From the IMG/VR virus record IMGVR_UViG_3300006737_000032, positions 1 to 62,439 of that record: 62,439 nucleotides of DNA; one strand, given 5' to 3'. Shown one piece after another: positions 1 through 9,098 of the stretch; the stretch's first letter is position 1; every line of letters begins with the position of its first letter. The translations under genes were made by a program, and so were the position numbers. The notes beneath the pieces are model-generated. The model was not told the DNA's origin, searched no databases, and saw only the letters and a list, made by a program, of their open reading frames with translations. The stretch is from a virus (taxonomy: Duplodnaviria; Caudoviricetes).

Positions 1-2
1 AA

Positions 3-170
3 AACCTATGGACAACCAACGGCTACGTTGTCAGCTACGGGACACCTGTCGCTCGCATTGAGGGTGACACCCTGCAACAACTTGGCTACTGGTCAGTAAC
101 AACACAAAGACACATTAACTACGTCGCAGAACACCTCGGCCTCAAACTTCGTAAACCCAAGAACACATGA
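3..170 (+). CDS. 5'-truncated conserved phage early protein
   Basis: Read by hand: NLWTTNGYVVSYGTPVARIEG..GYWSVTTQRHINYVAEHL..; its TGA overlaps the next ATG (ATGA). Confidence 0.6.
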   Translation, partial: NLWTTNGYVVSYGTPVARIEGDTLQQLGYWSVTTQRHINYVAEHLGLKLRKPKNT

Positions 171-835
171 ACACAATCGAAGAGCTCCGCGACAAAGTTG
201 CGGACATCAAGTACGACACACAGCAAGTGCTCGACAGAATCGACAGCATGGACGCAGCCTATCAGGAGCAGACAGGCCGTGAGAAAGCCCTCCAAAATAA
301 GGTCGGTGAGCTCAAGAATCTTGGCGCCATTCATGCGGAGCGTATTGATGAGATGAAGGAAGCCGCGTTCAAGGCCGCCAACACCATCAAGCATCTCAAA
401 GAGGTGAAGCATGAGCTTGAATCTAAGGTGCAAGGTCAGTACGACGACATCGTCATGCTCCAACGTGAGGTTGCAGAACTCAAGGCTGAGGTAAATGCCC
501 TTGAGCAACCAGAGCAACCTACTATGCCCGTCATCCCCAAGGCAGTAGCCATCGCCATCTTCCGTGAGGGTGTGGCACATGGTGTGTCCAACGCTTGCGA
601 TGAGATTGACAACACCAACGACATCCACATCGAAGAGAGTGGATATACAGGCGGGTTCGAGGTATCGTTCAGCCAATACATCGACCTCTCTGAACACCTC
701 GACCTTGACTGGATGCGCGACAAGGTGGGTGACTACGATGAAGCTTCTGTCATTGAAGCCCTCAAAAACCTGTGTGCAGACAAGAAGTTCGAGTGCCGCA
801 TCCATGGGGTGGACGACAACCCAACAGAAAAATAA
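167..835 (+). CDS. hypothetical protein, N-terminal coiled coil
   Basis: 222-aa ORF, heptad-rich N-terminus, coupled to the upstream gene. Confidence 0.75.
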   Translation: MNTIEELRDKVADIKYDTQQVLDRIDSMDAAYQEQTGREKALQNKVGELKNLGAIHAERIDEMKEAAFKAANTIKHLKEVKHELESKVQGQYDDIVMLQREVAELKAEVNALEQPEQPTMPVIPKAVAIAIFREGVAHGVSNACDEIDNTNDIHIEESGYTGGFEVSFSQYIDLSEHLDLDWMRDKVGDYDEASVIEALKNLCADKKFECRIHGVDDNPTEK

Positions 836-909
836 CCATGAAATTTTTGCAGTTATCAACGATAATTCCTAAATTGCCAACATTCAATTCTATATTTAAT
901 TCAAATCAA

Positions 910-1434
910 ATGAATATCAAGTTCGAAGACTTGGAACTTCCCAAGCAATCCAACGCAGACATCCGTTCTGAGTGGTTCATCAAAGCAGTCAATGACATCA
1001 ACGAGCAGCACGGGTTGTCGCTCAAGGAAATTGGCAGAGAGACAGGTGTATCAATGACTGTCATGTATGCATGCTGGAACATTCAGTCGCCGCTTCACAA
1101 GTTTGGCCGACGTCCAACCGAGACCACAATCAAGAAGATTGCAAAGCGGTTTAACATTGCGCTTCCCGACTATATGATTGAGCGAGACGCTCGGCAAGAA
1201 ACCATCTTCGATTTGGAGAAGAAGAGAACTCCACAAGAGAAGAAAAAAGTTAACTCGGACATCATGACGAAGCAAATCCCCAAGCTCTACAAGGTGGCAC
1301 AGGTGGCAGAATTCCTTGATGTCTGCAGTCAGACTGTCATCAAGTGCATTGAGCGTGGCGAGATTAAGGCGAAGCGAGTGGGCAAGCAGTATCGTATCCG
1401 TGAGCGCGACTTGATCGAGTACATGAACTCATGA
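910..1434 (+). CDS. DNA-binding protein with Cro/C1-type HTH and C-terminal excisionase-like HTH
   Basis: LSLKEIGRETGVSMTVM HTH; LYKVAQVAEFLDVCSQTVIKCIERGEIKAKRVGKQYRI fits the HTH_17/Xis pattern; start moved to ATG 910 after an A-rich leader. Confidence 0.8.
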   Translation: MNIKFEDLELPKQSNADIRSEWFIKAVNDINEQHGLSLKEIGRETGVSMTVMYACWNIQSPLHKFGRRPTETTIKKIAKRFNIALPDYMIERDARQETIFDLEKKRTPQEKKKVNSDIMTKQIPKLYKVAQVAEFLDVCSQTVIKCIERGEIKAKRVGKQYRIRERDLIEYMNS

Positions 1435-1437
1435 CAC

Positions 1438-1833
1438 ATGAACCGACGATTCAGAGTTCGATTCCACCTTGGTCGGGGCCCCAACTACATGACGTGGCAG
1501 GTCACAGACAGAGGCAACGGGAATCACAAGGACTATTACAATCCAGAGGTATGCTCCATCCATATGAAGAACTGCTTGTTCGGCAACAATCCTGCAACGG
1601 CCCAGAAGATATTCGACGGCAACCACAAGACTGTGTGCGCATGGGTGGACTGTGCGGACCTGCACGTATCATACACGAAGGCGCCCGACTACGAGAAGCC
1701 TAACGTAAAGGAGTTGATGCAGTTCAAGTATAATCCACGAAAGTCAATCCACTGGAACACAGACATTAACGACAATGTAGATGGACTAATCGTCGAACAC
1801 TTAGTGACACACAACAAAAAACTCTATGGCTAA
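1438..1833 (+). CDS. conserved phage hypothetical protein
   Basis: 131-aa ORF; RFHLGRGPNYMTWQV and KTVCAWV..YNP motifs resemble small phage proteins. Confidence 0.65.
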   Translation: MNRRFRVRFHLGRGPNYMTWQVTDRGNGNHKDYYNPEVCSIHMKNCLFGNNPATAQKIFDGNHKTVCAWVDCADLHVSYTKAPDYEKPNVKELMQFKYNPRKSIHWNTDINDNVDGLIVEHLVTHNKKLYG

Positions 1834-2005
1834 CAACAACCTTCAGATGAGCGATGAGTTCGGCTCGCCTCGTCATCGACGTCGTAAGATGCAGAGACTC
1901 TTGAAGAAAAACCCAGGTCTCTTAGAGCGATTGACGAAGCAAATGCTGTTAAATGGTTGGAGACCAGAAGGTTATGATGAATCACCTGAAGCATCAGATG
2001 AATGA
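1826..2005 (+). CDS. small hypothetical protein (59 aa)
   Basis: Read by hand: MANNNLQMSDEFGSPRHRRRK..; overlaps the previous stop. Confidence 0.55.
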   Translation: MANNNLQMSDEFGSPRHRRRKMQRLLKKNPGLLERLTKQMLLNGWRPEGYDESPEASDE

Positions 2006-2076
2006 CCTGCTTCTATACAGCTATATAAGCTTATGAATATACCTATATACAAACCTAATCTAAACTGTTAAAAAAC

Positions 2077-2448
2077 ATGTGGGGCAAAGACATGAACAGA
2101 ATCATCAAAGAGTTTGATGATGAAAGCACAGCTGCACGAGTAGCGTCTCGCATGGTAAAAATTGATTTGATGTCAATGCCATTATCAGAATGGTTGACAC
2201 GACCTGCATCAGAGATTGTCAATGAGTACGTCGAAACAGCAGAAGCTGCATCGGGTGTCGCACTCAACAACCTAAGATCACACGCGGCTGGAGAGAAACT
2301 GCTTGACGAGTTGGGGTTTCACGACCAAGACTTCCGTATTGTTTTTGATGAGGCTATAGATGAATTCAGAGACAGCATGCTGGCAACGATGAAGTCTCTG
2401 AACATATACCTCGCGATACAAGAGAGGGCAAAAGAAGAGTTGACATGA
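2077..2448 (+). CDS. hypothetical protein
   Basis: 123-aa ORF, coupled to the next gene. Confidence 0.7.
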   Translation: MWGKDMNRIIKEFDDESTAARVASRMVKIDLMSMPLSEWLTRPASEIVNEYVETAEAASGVALNNLRSHAAGEKLLDELGFHDQDFRIVFDEAIDEFRDSMLATMKSLNIYLAIQERAKEELT

Positions 2449-2993
2449 TGTCCCCAACTGAATACCAAGAGTCTAGAAAGTTTTTGTTTAAGGTGGTTCG
2501 AAAGAGATACGAAGAACTGCTTGGTGCAAAGATGGACCTGAAGTCTCGGAAGCATGAGCAGGTAGTGCATCGTATGGCCCTGTCTAACTCTCTTCGACCG
2601 TTCCTGACATGTCAAAATATTGGAGACATGCTCAGTAAGGACCACTCTTCGATTGTTCACTACCAAAAAGAGCATCATCCTCTGCTAAAACACAGCGCAT
2701 ACTACCGAGAGCAGTTCAGAAGGTCGCTTCATATTGTGAATGAGGTTAGCACGGAAATGGACCTGCACCCAAACATCCTCGGGCGCAATGGCGCCAATGT
2801 TGACGGGCAAGTGCAGGCTATCGCAGACATCATCATGGACCTTGAGAACCTGTTGGACCGAATGCTTGTCAACAGAGAAAATGCAAGAGCGATTTGGAAG
2901 AGAAGATTGGAGGCTATACATTTGCCAACGCGGGACACCAATCCAGCAGGTGGTCTAAGTAAAGACAAACGAAATTTAATTCATTCAAAATGA
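2445..2993 (+). CDS. DnaA C-terminal (domain IV)-like HTH protein
   Basis: LTCQNIGDMLSKDHSSIVHY resembles the DnaA domain IV motif SLPEIGxxFGGRDHTTVLH. Confidence 0.65.
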   Translation: MMSPTEYQESRKFLFKVVRKRYEELLGAKMDLKSRKHEQVVHRMALSNSLRPFLTCQNIGDMLSKDHSSIVHYQKEHHPLLKHSAYYREQFRRSLHIVNEVSTEMDLHPNILGRNGANVDGQVQAIADIIMDLENLLDRMLVNRENARAIWKRRLEAIHLPTRDTNPAGGLSKDKRNLIHSK

Positions 2994-3544
2994 GCACCTA
3001 TAAATTCAAGACCACGAACATTCGTGGCAAGAGCTACGTTGAAGTCAACGAGCGCATCAAGTTCTTCAGACAGGAAGAGCAGTACAAGAACTGGACTATC
3101 GCAACAGACTTTCCAGTCCTCGATTCAGAGCAGTGTTTATGCAAGGCAACGGTGTGTGATACATCGGGTCGGATCGTATCCGTGGGCCACGCCCACGAAG
3201 AGCGGTCATCGTCGAACATCAACAAAACCTCCTATGTCGAAAACTGTGAAACCTCTGCTGTTGGCCGAGCCCTTGCAATCCTTGGAATCGGAATCGAAAC
3301 ATCAATTGCGTCGGCTAACGAAGTCGAAGAAGCTATTGCCAAGCAGCAAGCTATCGCTGAGAACCCTCACGTTCAAAAGCTTAGCAAGGCGCTTGATGCG
3401 CCAGTAGAGAACATCATGGACAAGGCTGTGTCATACATCAAGTCACAGACCGACAAGAAGAAAGCGTTCACTGCGGTTACAAAAAAGTATGGTGAACAGC
3501 TTACAGAGAAGCAGGTTGCTGGACTCAAGAAATTTGTACGATGA
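2990..3544 (+). CDS. ssDNA-annealing protein (Rad52/Sak-like)
   Basis: IRGKSYVEVNERI, GHAHE, NKTSYVENCETSAVGRALAILGIG motifs; adjacent to an exonuclease. Confidence 0.75.
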   Translation: MSTYKFKTTNIRGKSYVEVNERIKFFRQEEQYKNWTIATDFPVLDSEQCLCKATVCDTSGRIVSVGHAHEERSSSNINKTSYVENCETSAVGRALAILGIGIETSIASANEVEEAIAKQQAIAENPHVQKLSKALDAPVENIMDKAVSYIKSQTDKKKAFTAVTKKYGEQLTEKQVAGLKKFVR

Positions 3545-3696
3545 AAAATACACTTCTAATCGCGGCCTTTGTGTCAATGGCCATGTCTTTGACACTCTGG
3601 TTCACAGGCAACCAAATGGCTGGACTGTATGTTGGTATTTGGTGTCCAACAATCCTTGGTCTTGAATCCTTCACTTCTAGCGGAGGCAAATCATGA
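3541..3696 (+). CDS. small two-TM membrane protein (51 aa)
   Basis: Read by hand: MKNTLLIAAFVSMAMSLTLWFTGNQMAGLYVGIWCPTILGL..; ATGA overlaps at both ends. Confidence 0.6.
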   Translation: MKNTLLIAAFVSMAMSLTLWFTGNQMAGLYVGIWCPTILGLESFTSSGGKS

Positions 3697-4460
3697 GCAT
3701 GCGGGACAAGTTGACGGAGAGTGTGGGCAAGCCCCACCTCTCCTACTCTTCCCTAAAGCACGCGCTCGGGGACATGCGTCTCTGGGAGATGTACATGCGA
3801 GGCGAACTCAAGAAAGAGAGCGAAGCTCTTCGATTTGGTAGCTTGTATGACATGATGCTGTTCGAGCCAGAGAAAGCGAATGATACTTACCTTTATCTTG
3901 ACGACACCGATATTGTTGCTGCTATTGGTGGCCGTAACCCTAGAGTTACGAAGAAGTACCGAGAGTGGAAAGCAGAGCAGGCGGAAGCCAATGCGGACAA
4001 AGAGCTGGTATCTAAAGAGGACTGGGAGAAAGCGCAAGAGATGATCAAGCGCCTGAAGGACTGCGGGTTGTATTACAAGCAGTTCGAGGGTGGGAAGTTT
4101 CAAGTGGAGTTCAACGTAGACCTTGATGGTATTCCCCTCAAAGGATTCTTGGACTGTCTGCAAAGCGACCGCATCATTGACAGCAAGTCTTCTAGGGCTA
4201 TTGACAAATTTAGGTATGATGTGAACAGCTGGTCGTATGACATTCAGGCTTATATCTACACCAAGGTGTTTGGCATCAAGGATTTTTATTGGGTTGTGCA
4301 AGAGAAGACGTTCCCGTATTACCCTGCTGACGTAAAGTGCAGCGAAGAAACACTATTCCGTGGCGAGATGAAATTCCATCAAGCCTTGGAGAACATTAAG
4401 AGCTGGTTGGATGAGTCACCTGAACAAAGAGAAACCAATTTTGCAACGTTTGTTGTGTGA
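3693..4460 (+). CDS. PD-(D/E)XK exonuclease (RecE/DUF3799-like)
   Basis: HLSYSSLK, ALRFGSLYD, LKGFLDCL..IIDSKS, YDIQAYIY motifs. Confidence 0.8.
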   Translation: MSMRDKLTESVGKPHLSYSSLKHALGDMRLWEMYMRGELKKESEALRFGSLYDMMLFEPEKANDTYLYLDDTDIVAAIGGRNPRVTKKYREWKAEQAEANADKELVSKEDWEKAQEMIKRLKDCGLYYKQFEGGKFQVEFNVDLDGIPLKGFLDCLQSDRIIDSKSSRAIDKFRYDVNSWSYDIQAYIYTKVFGIKDFYWVVQEKTFPYYPADVKCSEETLFRGEMKFHQALENIKSWLDESPEQRETNFATFVV

Positions 4461-4557
4461 AATGCTATCAGAAGTGGTGATGCATGCGTTCTATTTGTAC
4501 TGCGTATACATCACGCTCCTATGGATCTATCAATTGTTTAATTAAATTCTATATCAC

Positions 4558-4857
4558 ATGAGTGAACAGAAGTATGATAGCGTGCTCGTAGGGTACGCTG
4601 AAGAGCCACGACGTGGCGACGATGGTCAAATCATTGCATGGACTGTGCGAATGAAGGACCACGAACTCAAGGAAATGGTGGACAAGTATGCCACCTCACG
4701 TAATGAACAGGGTCAAGGCGGCAACGTCTACCTTACAATGTTCATGTCTAAGAACGGAAAATCATGCTGTCGCGTGTACGATCCAAACAGCGAGGCCGCA
4801 AAGCAAAAGCGAGCGGCTAAGCAGGCGGAGACTGCAACCGACGATGTCCCGTTCTAA
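4558..4857 (+). CDS. putative ssDNA-binding protein
   Basis: Acidic-aromatic tail DDVPF as in SSBs; replication cluster context. Confidence 0.55.
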   Translation: MSEQKYDSVLVGYAEEPRRGDDGQIIAWTVRMKDHELKEMVDKYATSRNEQGQGGNVYLTMFMSKNGKSCCRVYDPNSEAAKQKRAAKQAETATDDVPF

Positions 4858-5131
4858 GGCTCCAATCTATTTCATGACCGCTCGTGTCGCCTTCAAGAAA
4901 CGGAAGGTTGTACATGAGCGCGTCATGTGGATAGTGTCTGTCTACGACAACCCGAATGACATACGCAACTATGATACGAAGACCATGCATCGACTGGAAA
5001 CAGAGCTGTATGGCAAGAACGCGAAGTCAGAGAAGCACATTATTATTCGGGAAATCATAGAGAAGAAACTGATTTCATACTCTAACCTGACTGTTGATGA
5101 ACACAAGAAGCAAAATCAAATCGAAGTGTAA
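4844..5131 (+). CDS. hypothetical protein
   Basis: In-frame ATG at 4844 (MSRSKAPIYF) overlapping the previous gene end. Confidence 0.55.
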   Translation: MSRSKAPIYFMTARVAFKKRKVVHERVMWIVSVYDNPNDIRNYDTKTMHRLETELYGKNAKSEKHIIIREIIEKKLISYSNLTVDEHKKQNQIEV

Positions 5132-5462
5132 GAAGCTGGAGGACCTTCTGCTTCAAAAAAATGCGAAGTATGGTGACGCTGCCTTGCAGCCCATCAACAT
5201 CTTCTCTAAGGCTAATGCTGTGTCCAGTATCAAAGCTCGTATTGATGACAAGCTTAAGCGAGTCATGAATGCTGGTCCGATTGACGACACCGAAGACACC
5301 CTGCAAGACCTTGCTGGGTACATGATTCTCTTAATGATTGCCAAGGATAATGAAAGTAACGATATTCAAAAACGTCTTCGAGAAGACAACGCCTCATCAC
5401 ATAACACTACAAATAGCGCTGGATCGGATCAAGAATGGTCGGTCGAGTACCATAGTGACTGA
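5094..5462 (+). CDS. nucleotide modification-associated domain 1 (Nmad1/DUF1599-like) protein
   Basis: LLQKNAKYGD..RIDDKLKR..EDTLQDLAGYMIL pattern. Confidence 0.75.
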   Translation: MMNTRSKIKSKCKKLEDLLLQKNAKYGDAALQPINIFSKANAVSSIKARIDDKLKRVMNAGPIDDTEDTLQDLAGYMILLMIAKDNESNDIQKRLREDNASSHNTTNSAGSDQEWSVEYHSD

Positions 5463-7149
5463 GGTTCGAGATGGAAATAAAGAGAAGAAGAAAGAGCTCC
5501 CCGTTGTTTGTTTCAGCGGGGAGTTTTCGTCGAGAGCCGATGACGCGCTCTTCGAGCATTCGGGATTTGTTGTTCTGGACTTTGACCACGTTAACGTTGA
5601 CTCAACCAAGACGTCCCTTGCCACGGATGATTTCATTCATTCATGCTGGACTTCGCCTAGCGGAAACGGCATCAAGGCGCTTGTCAGAATCACGAACCCA
5701 GAAAGACACAGGGACCACTTCCGTGCGCTAGTCACATACTTTGACAAGCAGTATGGGTTGGAGGTAGACCAGAGTGGCATCAATGAATCTCGCGCATGCT
5801 TTGAGTCTCACGACCCAGACATCATCATCAAGGATGAGTGTAAGAGGTTCGGAGCGTTTAACACCGAGAAGGCTGAGGCGCAAGCGCCAATCATAGCCGA
5901 GGGGGAGTACACAGATTACATGCGCCTGAACTTGGCCGCACGTATGATTCGCCGTGCTGATGACGGTGATAAGCACGCTACGTTGCTAAAGGCAGCGAAG
6001 CTGTGTGGTGGGTACATCAGTGCTGGACGCATGGAGGAAGACGAGGTTATCCGTGTCTTGCTAAGGGAGATTAGCAAGCGAGACATCGACTCAGAAGAAC
6101 AGGCTGTTCGCACGATCCGTGATGGGTTGGAGAATGGAAAGGGCATGCCTATTCGTGAGCTTATAGAAGGCGTCAAGGATGCTGAACGTCAGATGCGACT
6201 GCACGATGGGGACATGTCATTCATCTCGTCTGATGACGACGACTTTAAATGGATTGACGACTTCTCTCAAGGCAAGGTGGAGCTAGGCTTGGACACAGGA
6301 GACGCACTTCTCGACGAGCACTTCAGGTACAAGAAAGAGTTTGTCATCATCAACGGTCATAGTAACGTGGGCAAAACAACTACTGCCCTGTACTTCATTG
6401 TCAATGCAGCCATCAGGCATGGGTGGAAATGGGTGCTGTACTCTTCTGAAAACAGAACGGCATCCGTCAAGATGAACTTGATGCAGATGGCCATGAATAA
6501 GAAGGTGGGTGACATGTCGTATTACGAGCGCAAGAAGGCATACAAGTGGGTAAACGATCACTTTGTTATCATCAACAACGACCAAGTATACAGTTACGGT
6601 GACATCGTTCTATTCATGGAGAAAGTCATGGCTCAGCAAACCATTGACGCTATCTTCGTAGACCCATACAACAGCCTGAAGATTGACCTAAGGAACAATG
6701 CCATCAGCACTCATGACTATCACTACGAGGCTGCGTCTACATTCCTGACTTTCAGCAAGGCAAATGATGTGGCCGTGTGGCTGAACATGCATGCCTTTAC
6801 TGAGGCTCAGCGTCGCAAGGGTGAGGATGGATTGCCAACCGCACCATATGCTGAGGACACAGAAGGCGGCGGTAAGTTTGTCAATCGCTGTGACTGTTTT
6901 GTGACAATCCACAGGAAGGTGCAGTCAGCTGACCCCAACATCAGAAAGATGAGTGAGTTTCACGTTCGCAAGGTTCGCGAAGTAGAGACAGGGGGTAGGC
7001 CTACACCGCTTGATGAGCCGTACAGAATCGTCATGAACTTAGGTCACACTGGCTTTTCGGGGTGGCTGAGCCAAAAGCCTCTGTTCGACAACATAGAATT
7101 CAAGAAACAACAAATGCCTTACAGAATAGACTTCTTGTCACAGCAATGA
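5350..7149 (+). CDS. primase-helicase fusion (VirE-N/BT4734-like primase-polymerase domain + DnaB-like helicase)
   Basis: KKKELPVVCFSG, VVLDFDHV, SPSGNGIK in the N-terminus; Walker A GHSNVGKTT and Walker B IFVDPYN in the C-terminus. Confidence 0.85.
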   Translation: MKVTIFKNVFEKTTPHHITLQIALDRIKNGRSSTIVTEVRDGNKEKKKELPVVCFSGEFSSRADDALFEHSGFVVLDFDHVNVDSTKTSLATDDFIHSCWTSPSGNGIKALVRITNPERHRDHFRALVTYFDKQYGLEVDQSGINESRACFESHDPDIIIKDECKRFGAFNTEKAEAQAPIIAEGEYTDYMRLNLAARMIRRADDGDKHATLLKAAKLCGGYISAGRMEEDEVIRVLLREISKRDIDSEEQAVRTIRDGLENGKGMPIRELIEGVKDAERQMRLHDGDMSFISSDDDDFKWIDDFSQGKVELGLDTGDALLDEHFRYKKEFVIINGHSNVGKTTTALYFIVNAAIRHGWKWVLYSSENRTASVKMNLMQMAMNKKVGDMSYYERKKAYKWVNDHFVIINNDQVYSYGDIVLFMEKVMAQQTIDAIFVDPYNSLKIDLRNNAISTHDYHYEAASTFLTFSKANDVAVWLNMHAFTEAQRRKGEDGLPTAPYAEDTEGGGKFVNRCDCFVTIHRKVQSADPNIRKMSEFHVRKVREVETGGRPTPLDEPYRIVMNLGHTGFSGWLSQKPLFDNIEFKKQQMPYRIDFLSQQ

Positions 7150-7162
7150 TTATATTGCATGT

Positions 7163-7609
7163 ATGCGAAAGAAACAACGACGGAGTCGGTCTAGTCGCAG
7201 CAAAAAGTTAGGAAGGTATAAGAGTTCGATAGAAAAGTACTGTGCCGACAAGCTCAAAGAGAATGGTATTGAGTTTGATTATGAGGAGACAGCATTCGAA
7301 CTGCTAGACAAGTTTAGATTCCCGCACGGCTATTGGAAGATGACTTCCAAAGCAAAACTAATGTCCAACAGGACGGGATCTGTTCTGCAGCCTATACGGT
7401 ACACTCCAGATTTTATGGGGAAGTCAGGCAAATGGGTGATAGAAACCAAAGGGTATCTGCCATCACATCATGACTTTCCAATGAGATGGAAGCTTTTTCT
7501 GAGGCACATTGTTGACAATGACCTTGGTTATGCTGTATTTTTAGCTAAGAATAGTCAACAAGTTGATCAGGCTATTCAACAGATACTAAAGATAGAGCGT
7601 CATGACTAG
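7163..7609 (+). CDS. endonuclease I (T7 gp3-like Holliday junction resolvase)
   Basis: YKSSIE..FDYE..YTPDF..IETKG motif. Confidence 0.8.
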   Translation: MRKKQRRSRSSRSKKLGRYKSSIEKYCADKLKENGIEFDYEETAFELLDKFRFPHGYWKMTSKAKLMSNRTGSVLQPIRYTPDFMGKSGKWVIETKGYLPSHHDFPMRWKLFLRHIVDNDLGYAVFLAKNSQQVDQAIQQILKIERHD

Positions 7610-7832
7610 GGACCAGCTAAGCCTAATGTATATGGTGGCTACTATGCGCGTTCATCAAGCCACATCAAACATGTACGAAGAACTTCATGATCTAGATGGC
7701 GATCCACTGGAGGACCCCGACGCAGTAAAAGAGCTGTTGAATGAATTCAAGAGGACTACGATAGAAGAGATTTCTTTAGCTCTGTCAGCGGTCCAAGAGT
7801 TCATAGATGAAGATGGCCACAAGGAAGAGTAG
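7602..7832 (+). CDS. hypothetical acidic protein
   Basis: 76-aa ORF overlapping both neighbours. Confidence 0.6.
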   Translation: MTRDQLSLMYMVATMRVHQATSNMYEELHDLDGDPLEDPDAVKELLNEFKRTTIEEISLALSAVQEFIDEDGHKEE

Positions 7833-8346
7833 GGTAGACCTGCGGCTCGGCAGGGTGGTTGAGAACCGATGGCTTCGGATATTTCCTAACGCCCGAAAGT
7901 CTAGTCAAGAAGAAGACATGTACATGCACGTTGACTTCTGGCATGACAGTGTTGGAGTGGACGTAAAGGGAAACAACTTGCCCGATGAGATCTGGGTAGA
8001 GTTTATCAACGTGAACGGAAAGAAAGGGTGGCTACATGGTGGGGCCAAGTACATAGCATTTGATGTTCCAGAGCTCAGGGGATTCATCAGGGTAAAAAGA
8101 GCAGAGCTTCTTGAGTGGTGCAGACATAATGTAGAGAAGAGTTATGTTCAAAAAAACGACTGCTACCGCAAGCTATACCGCAGGTATGGCCGCAAAGACT
8201 GCATCACAAAGCTTACAATAAACGATCTGGCAGAGCTTACAAGCTACACTCTAATCAACTATGTGTCATGGATTTACCACCCAGTGACTGGAGAAAAGAT
8301 TGAAATAGACCAGCCACGCACCAGGTACAAGAGCACAAATGTGTGA
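7807..8346 (+). CDS. PD-(D/E)XK-like nuclease-fold protein
   Basis: HVDFW..VDVKG..IWVEF.NVNGKKGWL motif. Confidence 0.6.
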   Translation: MKMATRKSRVDLRLGRVVENRWLRIFPNARKSSQEEDMYMHVDFWHDSVGVDVKGNNLPDEIWVEFINVNGKKGWLHGGAKYIAFDVPELRGFIRVKRAELLEWCRHNVEKSYVQKNDCYRKLYRRYGRKDCITKLTINDLAELTSYTLINYVSWIYHPVTGEKIEIDQPRTRYKSTNV

Positions 8347-8409
8347 CACATAATCATCATTATACTACAATATATTGTGTAGAAAAAATTCTGGATCTAG
8401 ATTAGATCC

Positions 8410-8670
8410 ATGAAAACAATCGCGCTGTTATTGCCCGTACTTTTTGTTGGTTGCATGAGCACCCCAGCTAAGGTTTACGTGCAGCCAGAAAAATTCAATT
8501 GCGACCTTATCATCCCTACGATCTGGGATGGCAATCATCCAGTTGAACACTTCGAGCATGAGATGATTCTTGATGCTGTGTACCACGATTATACGGGGTA
8601 TAAGTACACACTGGTAGCAACAGACATCCCGAATGTCTTTGCCCTCCAGGTTGATGTGGATCAACCGTAA
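8410..8670 (+). CDS. putative lipoprotein
   Basis: MKTIALLLPVLFVGC signal peptide with lipobox Cys. Confidence 0.6.
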   Translation: MKTIALLLPVLFVGCMSTPAKVYVQPEKFNCDLIIPTIWDGNHPVEHFEHEMILDAVYHDYTGYKYTLVATDIPNVFALQVDVDQP

Positions 8671-8700
8671 CCTTACTACAGAACATAACGTATCCAGGGT

Positions 8701-8868
8701 ATGTGGTCAACATACATAATGGATTTCTTGCTTTTGTTAGCAAACTATGGCCAGGCCATTGACCCTGAGTCTCATGCTGCGTGCATGGACTTCAACAGCG
8801 ATGGGTTTATTACGATGTATGACTTCCTTGAAATGCTGTCCCAGCAGCCGTTAATCGAAAAGGAATGA
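8701..8868 (+). CDS. 55-aa dockerin/EF-hand-like mini-protein (below the ORF-track cutoff)
   Basis: MWSTYIMDFLLLLANYG..MDFNSDGFITMYDFLEMLSQ; stop overlaps ATG 8865. Confidence 0.6.
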   Translation: MWSTYIMDFLLLLANYGQAIDPESHAACMDFNSDGFITMYDFLEMLSQQPLIEKE

Positions 8869-9098
8869 TAAAGAATACAGAGTACCATCAAGTGGTGAAG
8901 GCTGTTGTTTCGAAGGACTTCAAGTTTATCCACGTTGACGCTGGCATAGGCGACAATGGATTCCAGCGCATTTTTACAGAGACACAAGAAGAGGAAGTCA
9001 TGCACTGCTACCTCTATCCAATTATCGAGCAGATAGTTCGGTCAGAGTTCTACGACCTTAAAGACATGGCGCTTACCATCAAGGTGACGTGGGTCTAA
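8865..9098 (+). CDS. hypothetical protein
   Basis: 77-aa ORF, last of the + strand block, converging on the - strand block. Confidence 0.6.
   Translation: MIKNTEYHQVVKAVVSKDFKFIHVDAGIGDNGFQRIFTETQEEEVMHCYLYPIIEQIVRSEFYDLKDMALTIKVTWV

Noticed and set aside
910-1434. Lysogeny module implied by the excisionase-like HTH
   Set aside because: No integrase or att site found, and the domain is common in lytic phage regulators. Missing sequence prevents certainty.
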